Shown here: positions 23,258-33,268 of the stretch, in pieces | How positions within the stretch are numbered: position 1 is the first letter of the stretch | Layout: each line of letters starts with the position of its first letter | Assembly: GCA_007375535.1 (NCBI GenBank) | Contig: VMEM01000005.1 | Span: 7,469-71,468, forward strand | Source of the DNA: Parcubacteria group bacterium LiPW_41 | GTDB lineage: Bacteria > Patescibacteriota > Minisyncoccia > UBA6257 > GWB1-50-10 | Direction: 5' to 3' | DNA length: 64,000 nt | Notes under the pieces: generated by a model | What the model was told of the DNA's origin: nothing | Seen by the model: only the letters and a program-made list of their open reading frames with translations | Databases searched by the model: none | Position numbers and translations under genes: made by a program

Positions 23258-24109
23258 ATGGCAGCACGAAACGTAAGAAAGGTTGTAGATCCAAGCTTTC
23301 TATTCCAGAACTTTCTGTATTTAATCAATAAAGGAAAAGAATATAAGCCTAGTCCAACAGAACTTGAGAATCTCAAAGATCTCAGATATCTATTATCCAA
23401 GCAACTCCTCATTAAAATTCGAGGAATTCGAGATCTTCCCAGCGATATCCCAATTCCAATAATTAATTTCTTTCCGGTAATGGAAGAGATTATTAATAAG
23501 GACAGACGAATGTTGCAGTTCATGTGTGACGGAACCGCACTTCTCTTAGAATATGGATGTTTGTCCAATAATACTCTCGAAACATTGATTGTTGGTCTTT
23601 TAAAAAGAGCAATTGATATAATTCCTTCTGATGCGACGATACAATGGGATGTGTCTGAGCCAATATACATAAAACCGCTCGGTCATCGGATAATTATCCG
23701 TCTTGATATCCCTGATATACTTGTTTCGGATCTTTGGCAGTATGTTAAGAAAAATTTCCCATCTGCAAAAGATTTGAATTTTATAACTCAAAACGGTTTT
23801 TCTGCTGTTGTTGACGAAAATGATGTTGATCGGTTTTATGACGTTTTGGAAAAATTTGCAAAAGAACGCGATATTGCATTTGGTAATCATTCAAACGAAA
23901 AACTAACATTCGGCGACTTAAAAACTGGTGACATTTTTGTCAGTTTTCCAACTCCTGGTGACAATTCCGGTCATGGGGGATATCTTGGTGAACATTATTC
24001 GTTTGTGAAAATTGAAGAAGATGAAGCGGGAAATAATGCAGAACGCGCAATAAATTCAAAAATGCGCTCTCGTTTTCTCCCAAGTTTCCTAGTCCTTAAA
24101 ATTGCTTAA
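23258..24109 (+). CDS. Hypothetical protein (283 aa).
   Basis: Preceded by the same palindrome-containing upstream region as paralog I; terminator at 24115. Confidence 0.5.
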   Translation: MAARNVRKVVDPSFLFQNFLYLINKGKEYKPSPTELENLKDLRYLLSKQLLIKIRGIRDLPSDIPIPIINFFPVMEEIINKDRRMLQFMCDGTALLLEYGCLSNNTLETLIVGLLKRAIDIIPSDATIQWDVSEPIYIKPLGHRIIIRLDIPDILVSDLWQYVKKNFPSAKDLNFITQNGFSAVVDENDVDRFYDVLEKFAKERDIAFGNHSNEKLTFGDLKTGDIFVSFPTPGDNSGHGGYLGEHYSFVKIEEDEAGNNAERAINSKMRSRFLPSFLVLKIA

Positions 24110-24114
24110 TAAAA

Positions 24115-24150
24115 ATCCCGCTAGTCTATAAACTAGCGGGGGATTTTTTT
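24115..24150. terminator. Bidirectional terminator with long stem (cccgctagtc-tataa-actagcggg-ggattttttt).
   Basis: Same stem sequence family at 60254..60280 and 61474..61505. Confidence 0.6.
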
Positions 24151-24156
24151 ATATTG

Positions 24157-25392
24157 CTATTTTCCATCTCCGTTTTTTTCAATGATTCCGCGGTTTATCC
24201 AGAGTAAAAGGAATGGTCGATTAAGAATCTCTTCTTTTCGTGGAATACGAAATTTTGTGGTGACGGTGATGTTGAAGAATTGAACAGGAACAATAAGATC
24301 AGCTCCAACCTGTTTTGGCTCTCCGCACAATTCATATGCATTCGACCCTTCGGGTGCGACTTTAATTATGTCGTTTAGTGTATATCGCAAGAATGGGGAA
24401 CAATGTGTGTGGACAATGAGGTCAACCACGTCACCAATTTTTTCATGTGTCCTCACAAGATACATTGGTTCGTTGGTATCAATTGTTTTTTCTTTCGGAT
24501 ACTGGGTAAACAATTTGTCTCGCCTTCGCATAAGAGCAAAAAATGATATAGGAATTGATTTCCTGTTTGCGATAAGTCCATCACCAATTTCATCTAATGG
24601 ATCAATGCTTAATTCAACAACTTCCTCTTTTGTATCGTTGCAGACCACAACAGTACCTTGTGATAAATCGTGTACTGTTTCAATTGTCGTCATAATTCCT
24701 AATTCATGATCTGCATATCTGCTTACTCCTCCAAGACGGAGGAAAAGAATTGTAGGTTCATCAGGAAAGTCACACTGCTTTTCAGAAAATAAATTTACTC
24801 CATTTCGATCTTTTATTTCCAGTTGAAGTATCCTTTTTTGTGCTATTTCTGATTTTCTATTTCGCATCGCATAGTACGATGAAAATGTGTAATGACTATC
24901 GAGAAACTTTCGAGTATCTGGCCCAAATAGTGCTGCAAGCAACGGATCGCGTGCAGCATTTTTGTATTCAATTGGTTCACCAAAAAGGTGAGAGGGGAAT
25001 GTATCACGATATTCATCAAATGGAATTATTGAAACAGGTCCATAATTTCCATTGATAAGGTTAAGAAATTCAGTCCGAGAAACTGATGGCAATCCATCAC
25101 TTCCTTGTTTTTCTGAGGCACTTTCAGCCCATTCCAGTATTCGTTTTTTACTTGTAAGTGGTCCGAGGTGATGAGCGACAACAATAAGTCGTTTCCCATT
25201 ATGTTTTCCAAATACAAGTATTGAATGTGGGGTGAGAGGGGTTCTCCAGGAAAAATGTGAAATAAGATCGTGCGCACGGATGGATGCAAGATCCATAAGT
25301 GTTGCGACCCTTCCCTTTAACTCTTCCGCCAATCGTGTAACGCACAAGAATGCACTACAGATATTTTTAATGTGAATTGCATAATTTTTCAC
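24157..25392 (-). CDS. Hypothetical protein (411 aa).
   Basis: Long ORF convergent with 23258 gene; no recognisable motif. Confidence 0.5.
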   Translation of the reverse strand: MKNYAIHIKNICSAFLCVTRLAEELKGRVATLMDLASIRAHDLISHFSWRTPLTPHSILVFGKHNGKRLIVVAHHLGPLTSKKRILEWAESASEKQGSDGLPSVSRTEFLNLINGNYGPVSIIPFDEYRDTFPSHLFGEPIEYKNAARDPLLAALFGPDTRKFLDSHYTFSSYYAMRNRKSEIAQKRILQLEIKDRNGVNLFSEKQCDFPDEPTILFLRLGGVSRYADHELGIMTTIETVHDLSQGTVVVCNDTKEEVVELSIDPLDEIGDGLIANRKSIPISFFALMRRRDKLFTQYPKEKTIDTNEPMYLVRTHEKIGDVVDLIVHTHCSPFLRYTLNDIIKVAPEGSNAYELCGEPKQVGADLIVPVQFFNITVTTKFRIPRKEEILNRPFLLLWINRGIIEKNGDGK

Positions 25393-25574
25393 GTATCTCT
25401 CCTTTATTTATTGTTGTAAATGATAAACAAATAATACAACAATTCTGCTATTTAGGCAATAGCAGAGACTCAAAATGTTTAAAACATTTGTATTTTGTAT
25501 TTGTTTAGGATTTCGATATTAGGATTTAGAGTTTTATTCGAAATTCAAAGTTCGTCATTCAACATTAAACTGTC

Positions 25575-26312
25575 CTACGGACAGTTTTCTGCCTTTCTAA
25601 ACCCTGCCTCTATTGCGTCATCTTCAAAGCAAAAATACTGCTCTCCCTTTCGCGTGTCCACTTTTGTCTTTTCATAATTGTCACATCCTGGGACGAGATA
25701 TGTTTTTCCAAATCCTTTTTCTGAGATGTTTCCCTTTATATTACATTCAGGAAATGGGGGACCAAGATCAATTTCTCTTTCTTCGTTTGCTGGTATGTTT
25801 GATGCAGTTTTACACGCACCCCAAATTCCTTTTCCTGCCTTTTTTGCTTCTGCTTCTGCGGTCGCAAGGAGATCTTTATACCTGCTATCAGGAGATTGTT
25901 GCTCTCGTACCGCGTATCCATTCCGAACAAGCGCCTCATTAATTAAAAGATTATCTTCCGTTGCACTCATGCTTGGAAGAATTGCATAGCGAAGTAATCG
26001 TCCATATTCATCAGTTCCCGAAATGTCTTTCTCAAGTTTTACTTTTTTGTTTTCAATAAGCGATTTTAAATATTCAGTTGAACTTGCAAAATAGCACTCT
26101 TTCTCTTCTGGTGCGTTTATTCCAATAAGTCGAATTTTTGGTCCATCTTGAATGGTAAATGTGTCACCATCAATAACTTTGGAAACAAGTTGTGCATCCA
26201 TATCAACCGCATAGGGGACTGGTTCTCCATTGTCTTTCACTATCTTGTATCCAGTGAGTCCCAAGGCCGCCATAAGCGCCACAATTGCAGCAATCACCGC
26301 TGTTTTGTTCAT
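25575..26312 (-). CDS. Thermonuclease (staphylococcal nuclease/SNase) family protein, membrane-anchored, with C-terminal Cys-rich domain.
   Basis: VIDGDTF..IRLIGINAPE..YGRLLRY..NEALVRNGYA. C-terminal ECNIKGNIS..KTYLVPGCDNYEKT..YFCFEDDAIEAGFR as in YncB-type nucleases. Start assumed at ATG MNKTAV. Confidence 0.65.
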   Translation of the reverse strand: MNKTAVIAAIVALMAALGLTGYKIVKDNGEPVPYAVDMDAQLVSKVIDGDTFTIQDGPKIRLIGINAPEEKECYFASSTEYLKSLIENKKVKLEKDISGTDEYGRLLRYAILPSMSATEDNLLINEALVRNGYAVREQQSPDSRYKDLLATAEAEAKKAGKGIWGACKTASNIPANEEREIDLGPPFPECNIKGNISEKGFGKTYLVPGCDNYEKTKVDTRKGEQYFCFEDDAIEAGFRKAENCP

Positions 26313-26412
26313 ATATTCATTATAGACTACGATTTCTCTCAATTTTTAGCATACTTGAAATATCTATAATATGTGTTATAATATTTATATTAAAAATTTA
26401 ATAGGGGTGTTA

Positions 26413-26913
26413 ATGAATCTCAATAGATTAGTGGTTGTTGTCATTGATATGCAAAAACATTTTTTAAAAAATGTCCCAAAAAATGATCGGGAGAAAATGA
26501 TTAATAACCAAGTTGCGATATTGCGAAAGTGTAAGAAGAAAAATATCCCGTGCATTATTGTTAGATTTGATAAATATGCAAAAACAATCTCGCAATTAAC
26601 AAATGTTGCATATTCATTGAACAGAATATTTGTAGTTGAAAAGTCTCGTGATAATGCATTTAATAATTCTCTTTTTGTTGATATTCTTGAAATTCTTGAT
26701 TGTGATTCAATTTTCTTTTTTGGTGTAAATGCTTCTGGTTGTGTTTGGAAAACGGCAGCTACAGCAAAAAATAAGGGATACAAGATTTATACACACAAAG
26801 AGACAATTGCAAATGATGAACAGGGTTTTTTATCGTCAGATCATCCATTTGTCACTTGGTTTACTCGCATGGGTGTTTATTTCACAAATTCAAATCCATC
26901 AGAACTATTCTAA
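26413..26913 (+). CDS. Isochorismatase-family (cysteine) hydrolase.
   Basis: VVVIDMQKHF... and G..ASGCVWKTA motif region. Confidence 0.6.
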   Translation: MNLNRLVVVVIDMQKHFLKNVPKNDREKMINNQVAILRKCKKKNIPCIIVRFDKYAKTISQLTNVAYSLNRIFVVEKSRDNAFNNSLFVDILEILDCDSIFFFGVNASGCVWKTAATAKNKGYKIYTHKETIANDEQGFLSSDHPFVTWFTRMGVYFTNSNPSELF

Positions 26914-26951
26914 CCCCCACCTCGGGGGTCTTTTTTTGCTATAATAAATTT

Positions 26952-27368
26952 GTGAGAATTGAGTGGAAACCAGAGTATAGTGTTGGAATAAAACTTATTG
27001 ATGAACAACATCAAAATTTTTTTCGAATCGTAAATAATATTTTTGGTCTCGTTGAAGGAAAACAAGAATCTCACGATAATTTAAAAAAAGCGATTTTTGA
27101 TCTCTCTGACTATGCGCTTTATCACCTCACTACCGAAGAAGAATATTTTGAGAAGTTTGATTATCCAGACTCGATTCACCATAAAGAAATTCATGATCTA
27201 TTCCGAAAAAAGATGATGGTCTATGTTCAAGCAATACAGAATGATGTTCATTCAGATAAAAACTTAGTGGTAGAAGTTGTAGGGTTTGCTGGAAATTGGC
27301 TTGCAGATCATATTCTTCGAATGGACAAAAAATATACTGAGACATTCAGACTTCATGGTTTGATATAA
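26952..27368 (+). CDS. Hemerythrin-like (bacteriohemerythrin) protein.
   Basis: W.PEYSVGIKLIDEQHQNFF, HLTTEEEYFEKFDYP, HHKEIHDLF, NWLADHILRMD (His/Glu iron ligand pattern). GTG start assumed. Confidence 0.6.
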   Translation: MRIEWKPEYSVGIKLIDEQHQNFFRIVNNIFGLVEGKQESHDNLKKAIFDLSDYALYHLTTEEEYFEKFDYPDSIHHKEIHDLFRKKMMVYVQAIQNDVHSDKNLVVEVVGFAGNWLADHILRMDKKYTETFRLHGLI

Positions 27369-27376
27369 ACAAAAAC

Positions 27377-27402
27377 ATCCCCGCATTCGCGGGGATTTTT
27401 TA
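27377..27402. terminator. Bidirectional terminator (atccccgc-attc-gcggggat-ttttt).
   Basis: Between hemerythrin (+) and sigma factor (-). Confidence 0.65.
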
Positions 27403-28014
27403 TGCATTATATTCTGCAAGTTTTAATTTTAGTGAATTAAGTATTTTAGAATGAATCTGTGAAACTCGCGCGACGGTAATACTGAGTACCTGCGCAATTT
27501 CTTTATAATTCAAGTCCTCATAATAATACAAGGAAAGAATTGTTTGTTCGCGTTCACTTAAATCCCTGATCAAATCAAGAAGTTTTTGTTTTAAATCCTT
27601 CTTTTCAAGAATCTGTTCTGAACCAGTAGGAAGCGCTGTAGGAATCATTTCATACATTCCCAAATCATCTTCTTTAAACTCTTTTTTTGTTTCATCTACT
27701 GTTTCTCCAGTTTCAAGATTTGGTAAGTTGTGATATTTTCGCAACTCATCATAAATACTTCCTCGTATGCGTTGTATTGCATATGTCTCGAACCTCGTTC
27801 CGTATTCAGGATCAAAGCGTTCGATTGCTTCGCTTAAACCTTGGATACCAAATTGAAATAAATCACGCCTATCAAGTAATGCACTTTCAATTTGGAAAAT
27901 CTTTGTTTTATGAATCACGTAATGAACGAGATTCACATAATTGAGTACCAGCTGTTTTTTAAGTTCTGCAGTTGGATTTTCCTTGTATTGTTTCCACAAC
28001 TCGGCGTTACTCAT
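27400..28014 (-). CDS. RNA polymerase sigma factor, sigma-70 family (group 3, FliA/SigF-like; 204 aa).
   Basis: Region 2 (FDPEYGTRFETYAIQRIRGSI) and region 4 HTH (LNYKEIAQVLSITVARVSQIH). Confidence 0.75.
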   Translation of the reverse strand: MSNAELWKQYKENPTAELKKQLVLNYVNLVHYVIHKTKIFQIESALLDRRDLFQFGIQGLSEAIERFDPEYGTRFETYAIQRIRGSIYDELRKYHNLPNLETGETVDETKKEFKEDDLGMYEMIPTALPTGSEQILEKKDLKQKLLDLIRDLSEREQTILSLYYYEDLNYKEIAQVLSITVARVSQIHSKILNSLKLKLAEYNA

Positions 28015-28227
28015 CTCAAACCTCCTTTTTAAAGATTGTTATTCTCACGGTACAACTTTATCTATAAATCGTCAATATTAAGAAATTGCGACAATTTTTC
28101 TAGTTTTTATAAAAAAAATGTGCTATATTTATTAAAACAAAAGGAAATAGAGCATCTAAGCGCTCTTTTTTTCTGAGTTTTAGGTATTTATCACAAATAC
28201 TTACCACTAAATACGTAATACTATCAG

Positions 28228-28911
28228 ATGATTATTTTCCAAAATGTAACCAAAAACTACAATCATGGCGTTACTGCTCTTGATAAAGTTAGTTTTAAAA
28301 TACAACCAGGAGAATTTGTCTCCATTGTTGGGCGTTCGGGAGCAGGAAAATCAACAATAATAAAACTCCTTATTGGAGAAGAGAAACCAACCAAAGGTCA
28401 GGTTTTTTTTGGTTCATATGAGGTAAACAAGATAAAAGACAAGGAACTCCCAGAACTTCGTCGTCATATTGGTGTTATTTTCCAAGACTTCCGCCTTTTA
28501 GCGAAGAAAACAGTGTTTGAAAACGTTGCATTTGCACTTGAGGTATCGGGCCGCCCTCAATCAGAAATTAATGAATTTGTTCCGCAGGTACTTGATATGG
28601 TTGGACTGAAAGACAAGGGAAGAAATTTCCCTGCAGAACTTTCTGGTGGAGAGCGTCAACGCACTGCAATTGCACGCGCGATGATAAATCGTCCTGACGT
28701 ATTAATCGCTGATGAGCCAACGGGAAACCTTGATCCATTTAATACATGGGAAGTGGTAAAATTATTAACGAAGATTAATGAGTTGGGAAGCACAGTGCTT
28801 CTCGCAACCCATGATAAAGACATTGTGAACACGCTTGGACAACGCGTAATCACTGTGGAAGACGGACGAGTGATAAAAGATGAGGCAAATGGACGATTTA
28901 TTTTGGAGTAA
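28228..28911 (+). CDS. ftsE: Cell division ATP-binding protein FtsE.
   Basis: Walker A GRSGAGKST, signature LSGGERQR, Walker B VLIADEPT. Confidence 0.85.
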   Translation: MIIFQNVTKNYNHGVTALDKVSFKIQPGEFVSIVGRSGAGKSTIIKLLIGEEKPTKGQVFFGSYEVNKIKDKELPELRRHIGVIFQDFRLLAKKTVFENVAFALEVSGRPQSEINEFVPQVLDMVGLKDKGRNFPAELSGGERQRTAIARAMINRPDVLIADEPTGNLDPFNTWEVVKLLTKINELGSTVLLATHDKDIVNTLGQRVITVEDGRVIKDEANGRFILE

Positions 28912-28923
28912 TTATAAAATCTG

Positions 28924-29832
28924 ATGATAGTAACACTAACAAGGATAATAAAATATGGTTTTCAAACATTCGTTAGAAACGGATGGCTTTCAGTTTCAAC
29001 AATAAGCATAATGATTCTCGCTGCAGTTGTATTTGAGGGGCTCATTCTTTTCAACGTAACAGGGAAAACTGCAATCAATTCTATTCAAGAGAAGATCGAC
29101 ATAAGTGTTTATTTCAAATCAACCACCCCAGAAGATTCAATTTTGAGTATCAAGCGTTCTCTTGAAAAATTAGACGAAGTGAAAGACGTCGAATATATTT
29201 CGCGCGATAAGGCACTTCAAGACTTTAAGAAAAGACACGAATCTGATGAGGCAATTAGTCAGGCGGTTGATGAACTTGAAGAAAATCCACTTCTCGCAGC
29301 AATTAATATAAAAGCCAAAGACCCTCGCGAATATAAAGCAATCGCCTCGTATCTCGAGAATAAGTCACTTCAAGAACAGATCGAAAAGGTAACATACGCA
29401 CAAAACCAGGTAGTTATTGATAGGTTGGTAGGACTCATTGATACAATGCGAAATGGGGGAATTGTTCTCACTATTTTTCTTGCGTTTCTTGCTATTGTTG
29501 TGACATTTAATACTATTCGCTTGGCAATTTTCTCCTCAAACGACCAAATTGGTATTATGCGTTTGGTAGGAGCGTCAAACACATTTATTCGTGGACCTTT
29601 CGTAATTGAGGGTATAATTTACGGAGTTGTCGCAGGAATTGTAAGTTTTATATTTTTAATTCCAATCGTGAATTTTCTTTCTCCATATGTGAATAGTTTT
29701 ATTCCTGAAATGAATCTCTCTATGTATCTTGGAACAAATACGGTAGCATTGATTTCATACCAATTTCTGTTCTGTATTGGTCTTGGAATACTTTCAAGTA
29801 TTATAGCCGTAAGAAAATACCTTCACCTCTAA
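28924..29832 (+). CDS. ftsX: Cell division permease FtsX.
   Basis: Immediately downstream of ftsE; large periplasmic loop then 3 C-terminal TMs; IMRLVGASNTFIRGPF motif. Confidence 0.8.
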   Translation: MIVTLTRIIKYGFQTFVRNGWLSVSTISIMILAAVVFEGLILFNVTGKTAINSIQEKIDISVYFKSTTPEDSILSIKRSLEKLDEVKDVEYISRDKALQDFKKRHESDEAISQAVDELEENPLLAAINIKAKDPREYKAIASYLENKSLQEQIEKVTYAQNQVVIDRLVGLIDTMRNGGIVLTIFLAFLAIVVTFNTIRLAIFSSNDQIGIMRLVGASNTFIRGPFVIEGIIYGVVAGIVSFIFLIPIVNFLSPYVNSFIPEMNLSMYLGTNTVALISYQFLFCIGLGILSSIIAVRKYLHL

Positions 29833-29868
29833 GGTGTCGTAGGTTTTTGGTTATACGTTGTCTCTTAT

Positions 29869-30933
29869 ATGCAGGTTGATGTTACATATCCAATACTTCA
29901 CACAATTATTCTTATAATTGTGTGTTCTCTTTTTATTATCACTACAATGCGTGTGCGACGGGGAGATGAGCTTTTTTCTCGTGAAAATTCAGATGAGATG
30001 AAGGGATATGCGATGATTGCGATTGTGTTTTCTCATGTTGGGTATTTTCTCTCTAAAGATACGCAATTTCTTTTTCCGTTTTCTATTGGTGCGGGAGTAG
30101 CAGTCAATACATTCTTCTTTTTGTCTGGATACGGACTTGCGATGTCTGCATTTAAAAAATATTTGAAACCAATACCTTTTTATGTACGAAGATTTTTTAA
30201 AATAATTATTCCGCTTTGGATAACACTTGTGCTTTTATATGTAGCTGATTTTCTTTTGCTTAAAAAAACATATAGCACAACTTCTATTATTCATAGTTTT
30301 TTGGGATGGTTTCCAACCGCAAATATATGGAATGATGTAAATTCTCCGTTGTGGTATATCACAATTCTTTTTTTCTTTTATATTATTTTTCCAATCGTTT
30401 TTCGTCCTTGGGTCCCATATTCTTCGGCAATAGTTATAACAATTCTTGGTGGTTTGTTTGCATATTTTGTAGCACCAAGCGAAGTTCAAGGACTCTATCA
30501 GGTACATTGGCTTCTGTTTCCGCTGGGAGTCATAATCGCATCATTTTCGCATACTAGAGTTCTCTCTATTACCAGAGGATCAAAACAGCAATGGATATTT
30601 GGAATTGTTGCGCTAATCATTGCTTCTTTTTTGTTGTATGGGTATGCACAGATTGGAACAAAATATGAACAATATGTAAGTATTTTAATGCTTCTTTTGT
30701 TTTTTGCTGCATTTTGGTTTATTCCTCTTCGCTCAGAGCTTATGGAAAAAATAGGGAAATATTCGTTTGGAATTTATCTTATTCATTGGCCACTAATGTA
30801 CCGATACGGAATATGGTTTCAGGTACTCCCACCGTGGTTCGCTACTTTTGTCGGTCTTTTGCTTTCGTTTGGTTTTGCTTTTGTGTTAGACGCTTTCGTT
30901 CAATTAATTCTCAAAAAAATCGAGAAAAAATAG
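29869..30933 (+). CDS. Membrane acyltransferase, acyltransferase_3 (OatA-like) family.
   Basis: About 10 TM segments; KGYAMIAIVFSHVGY motif region; exact start uncertain. Confidence 0.6.
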   Translation: MQVDVTYPILHTIILIIVCSLFIITTMRVRRGDELFSRENSDEMKGYAMIAIVFSHVGYFLSKDTQFLFPFSIGAGVAVNTFFFLSGYGLAMSAFKKYLKPIPFYVRRFFKIIIPLWITLVLLYVADFLLLKKTYSTTSIIHSFLGWFPTANIWNDVNSPLWYITILFFFYIIFPIVFRPWVPYSSAIVITILGGLFAYFVAPSEVQGLYQVHWLLFPLGVIIASFSHTRVLSITRGSKQQWIFGIVALIIASFLLYGYAQIGTKYEQYVSILMLLLFFAAFWFIPLRSELMEKIGKYSFGIYLIHWPLMYRYGIWFQVLPPWFATFVGLLLSFGFAFVLDAFVQLILKKIEKK

Positions 30934-30980
30934 CTTTGAAAAATTGAAATTTCTTCAGTATCTCTTTACAATGGTAGGTA

Positions 30981-32087
30981 ATGAGAGTTGCGATTTTGCA
31001 TGATTATCTGAATCAGTTTGGTGGCGCTGAACGTGTTTTGGAGGTACTTCTTGAAATTTTTCCTGATGCGGATTTGTATACACTTTTATATGACCGCGAA
31101 AAAACATTTGGAATTTTTGAACGTAACATTGTTGGGACGAGTATTTTAAATCGATTTCCTATAGTAAAACGAAAACATCGTCTTTTCATTCCATTGATGC
31201 CAACCGCTTCAAATCTTCTTACATCGAACAAGGAGTATGATCTTGTTATATCTTCAACTGCAGGATATGCAAAAGGCTTCCATATAAAGGGAAAATATCA
31301 TATTTCATATTGTCATAGTCCACTCCGATATGCGTGGGAGGTCGACTATTTAAAGAATCTTCCGTTTGCTCCATGGCCATTAAAAGAAATGGTGGTTCGT
31401 CCAATGGCAAAAATTTTGAGAAAATGGGACATCCATGCTGCTACACACGTAAATCTTTTCGTTACCAACTCACAATATATAAAAGAAAAAGTACGCTCAT
31501 ATTACAAACGAGAAGCGATAGTTATATATCCACCAGTAAATACAAAAATATTTTTTCCTGAACCAACAAAAAACGAAAAGGAATATTATTTAATGACGGG
31601 GCGACTCCTTTATTACAAAGGATTTGATATAGCAATCAAAGCATTTAATCGTCTCAGGAAGCCACTTATTATTGTTGGAAGTGGACCGGAGTATGCAAAG
31701 TTAAAACTGTTGGTAAAATCACCACTCATAGAATTCCGAAGTTCAATTTCAGATAATGAGTTGCGAAGGCTTTATTCAAATGCAAAAGCATTTATTTTTC
31801 CTCAAATTGAAGACTTTGGATTGGTTGCAGCAGAGGCACAACTCTGTGGTACGCCAATCATTGCATTTAACCAAGGTGGGGGAGCAGAAATTGTAATCCA
31901 TAAAAAAAATGGAGTTCACTTTAATGAACAAACACCAGAAGCTATTGAACGTGCAGTGTGTGAATTTGAAACTCTTGTATTTGATAGGAAAGCAATTGCA
32001 AAAACTGGAGAACGATTCACAAAGGATCAATTTGTAAATAATTTTAAAAAAATTGTGCGCGCATCTGGTTTTAAGGAAACATTGTAG
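30981..32087 (+). CDS. Glycosyltransferase family 4 (GT-B).
   Basis: C-terminal EDFGLVAAEAQLCGTPIIA motif. Confidence 0.75.
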   Translation: MRVAILHDYLNQFGGAERVLEVLLEIFPDADLYTLLYDREKTFGIFERNIVGTSILNRFPIVKRKHRLFIPLMPTASNLLTSNKEYDLVISSTAGYAKGFHIKGKYHISYCHSPLRYAWEVDYLKNLPFAPWPLKEMVVRPMAKILRKWDIHAATHVNLFVTNSQYIKEKVRSYYKREAIVIYPPVNTKIFFPEPTKNEKEYYLMTGRLLYYKGFDIAIKAFNRLRKPLIIVGSGPEYAKLKLLVKSPLIEFRSSISDNELRRLYSNAKAFIFPQIEDFGLVAAEAQLCGTPIIAFNQGGGAEIVIHKKNGVHFNEQTPEAIERAVCEFETLVFDRKAIAKTGERFTKDQFVNNFKKIVRASGFKETL

Positions 32088-32098
32088 ATATAGAACTC

Positions 32099-33268
32099 AT
32101 GAACATTCTAATTGACGCTCGACTTCTAACAAGGGGACACATCTCGGGTATCGAAGATTATGCCCGTGGAGTTATTAATGAGATGCTCTCAAATCACACT
32201 GAGCACAATTACGCTTTTTTTTGGAGTGGAATAAAAAAAGTTGATTTTCCAAAAGAGTGGCGACTACCAAATGTATCAGTAATTAATTGGGTAGTTCCAA
32301 ATCGCATGCTTGATATTTTTATCCGTGTTTTTGAGTGGCCAAAAATTGATGCAATATGGCCAGCAGACATTATTTGGAGTCCACACTTTTTTCTTTTACC
32401 AAAACCAAAAAGTGCCAAGCGCATAATCACATTTCATGATTTGTCACCAGAACATTTTCCGAACTTATATCCATTCAGAAAACGTGTGTGGCATTGGCAG
32501 CAGAATTATAGGGCTCAAATGAATCAGGCCGATCATCTTATAGCAGTTTCTGAATTTACAAAAAAAGATATTGTTACAACATTTGGAATTAGCGAAAAAA
32601 AGGTAACTGCAATACACTCGGGAATAAATCCATTTTTTAAACATATTGAAAAGACCGATTCAGGATTAAGGTTATTTCAAAATGCAAATAATCTTACACG
32701 TCCATATTTTTTATTTGTAGGAACACTTGAACCACGAAAAAATATTTCTGGGATAATCAGAGCATTTTCATTATTTAAGGAAAAAGAAGGATGCAAAGAT
32801 TTTGAACTTATTATTGTGGGTAAAAAGGGATGGCTCTTTAACTCAATATTTAATGAAGCAAAGCAATCGCCGTTTTCCTCTGATATAAGGTTTTGGGGAG
32901 AGGTATCCTATGATGAGCTTCGTTATTTATATAATGGTGCTTTTGGATTTTTGTGGCCCTCACTATTTGAAGGATTTGGACATCCGCCCCTCGAGGCTCA
33001 GGCATGTGGGGTCCCTGTCATTGCATCGAACAGATCTTCACTTCCTGAAGTGCTTCAGGATTCTGCACTACTTACTTCTCCACAGAATATTGAAGAAATT
33101 GTGGTTGCTATGGAAGAACTTGTATTGCACAATGAAGTAAGAGAAGCACTCATTGCACGAGGATACGAAAATATAAAACGATTTAGTTGGCGTGCAACAA
33201 GCGATTCACTTATTAAGGTTATCGAATCAATCCATAATGCAAGACAGAGTTCCAATAAAAAACGTTGA
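32099..33268 (+). CDS. Glycosyltransferase family 4 (GT-B).
   Basis: FEGFGHPPLEAQACGVPVIAS motif. Confidence 0.75.
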   Translation: MNILIDARLLTRGHISGIEDYARGVINEMLSNHTEHNYAFFWSGIKKVDFPKEWRLPNVSVINWVVPNRMLDIFIRVFEWPKIDAIWPADIIWSPHFFLLPKPKSAKRIITFHDLSPEHFPNLYPFRKRVWHWQQNYRAQMNQADHLIAVSEFTKKDIVTTFGISEKKVTAIHSGINPFFKHIEKTDSGLRLFQNANNLTRPYFLFVGTLEPRKNISGIIRAFSLFKEKEGCKDFELIIVGKKGWLFNSIFNEAKQSPFSSDIRFWGEVSYDELRYLYNGAFGFLWPSLFEGFGHPPLEAQACGVPVIASNRSSLPEVLQDSALLTSPQNIEEIVVAMEELVLHNEVREALIARGYENIKRFSWRATSDSLIKVIESIHNARQSSNKKR

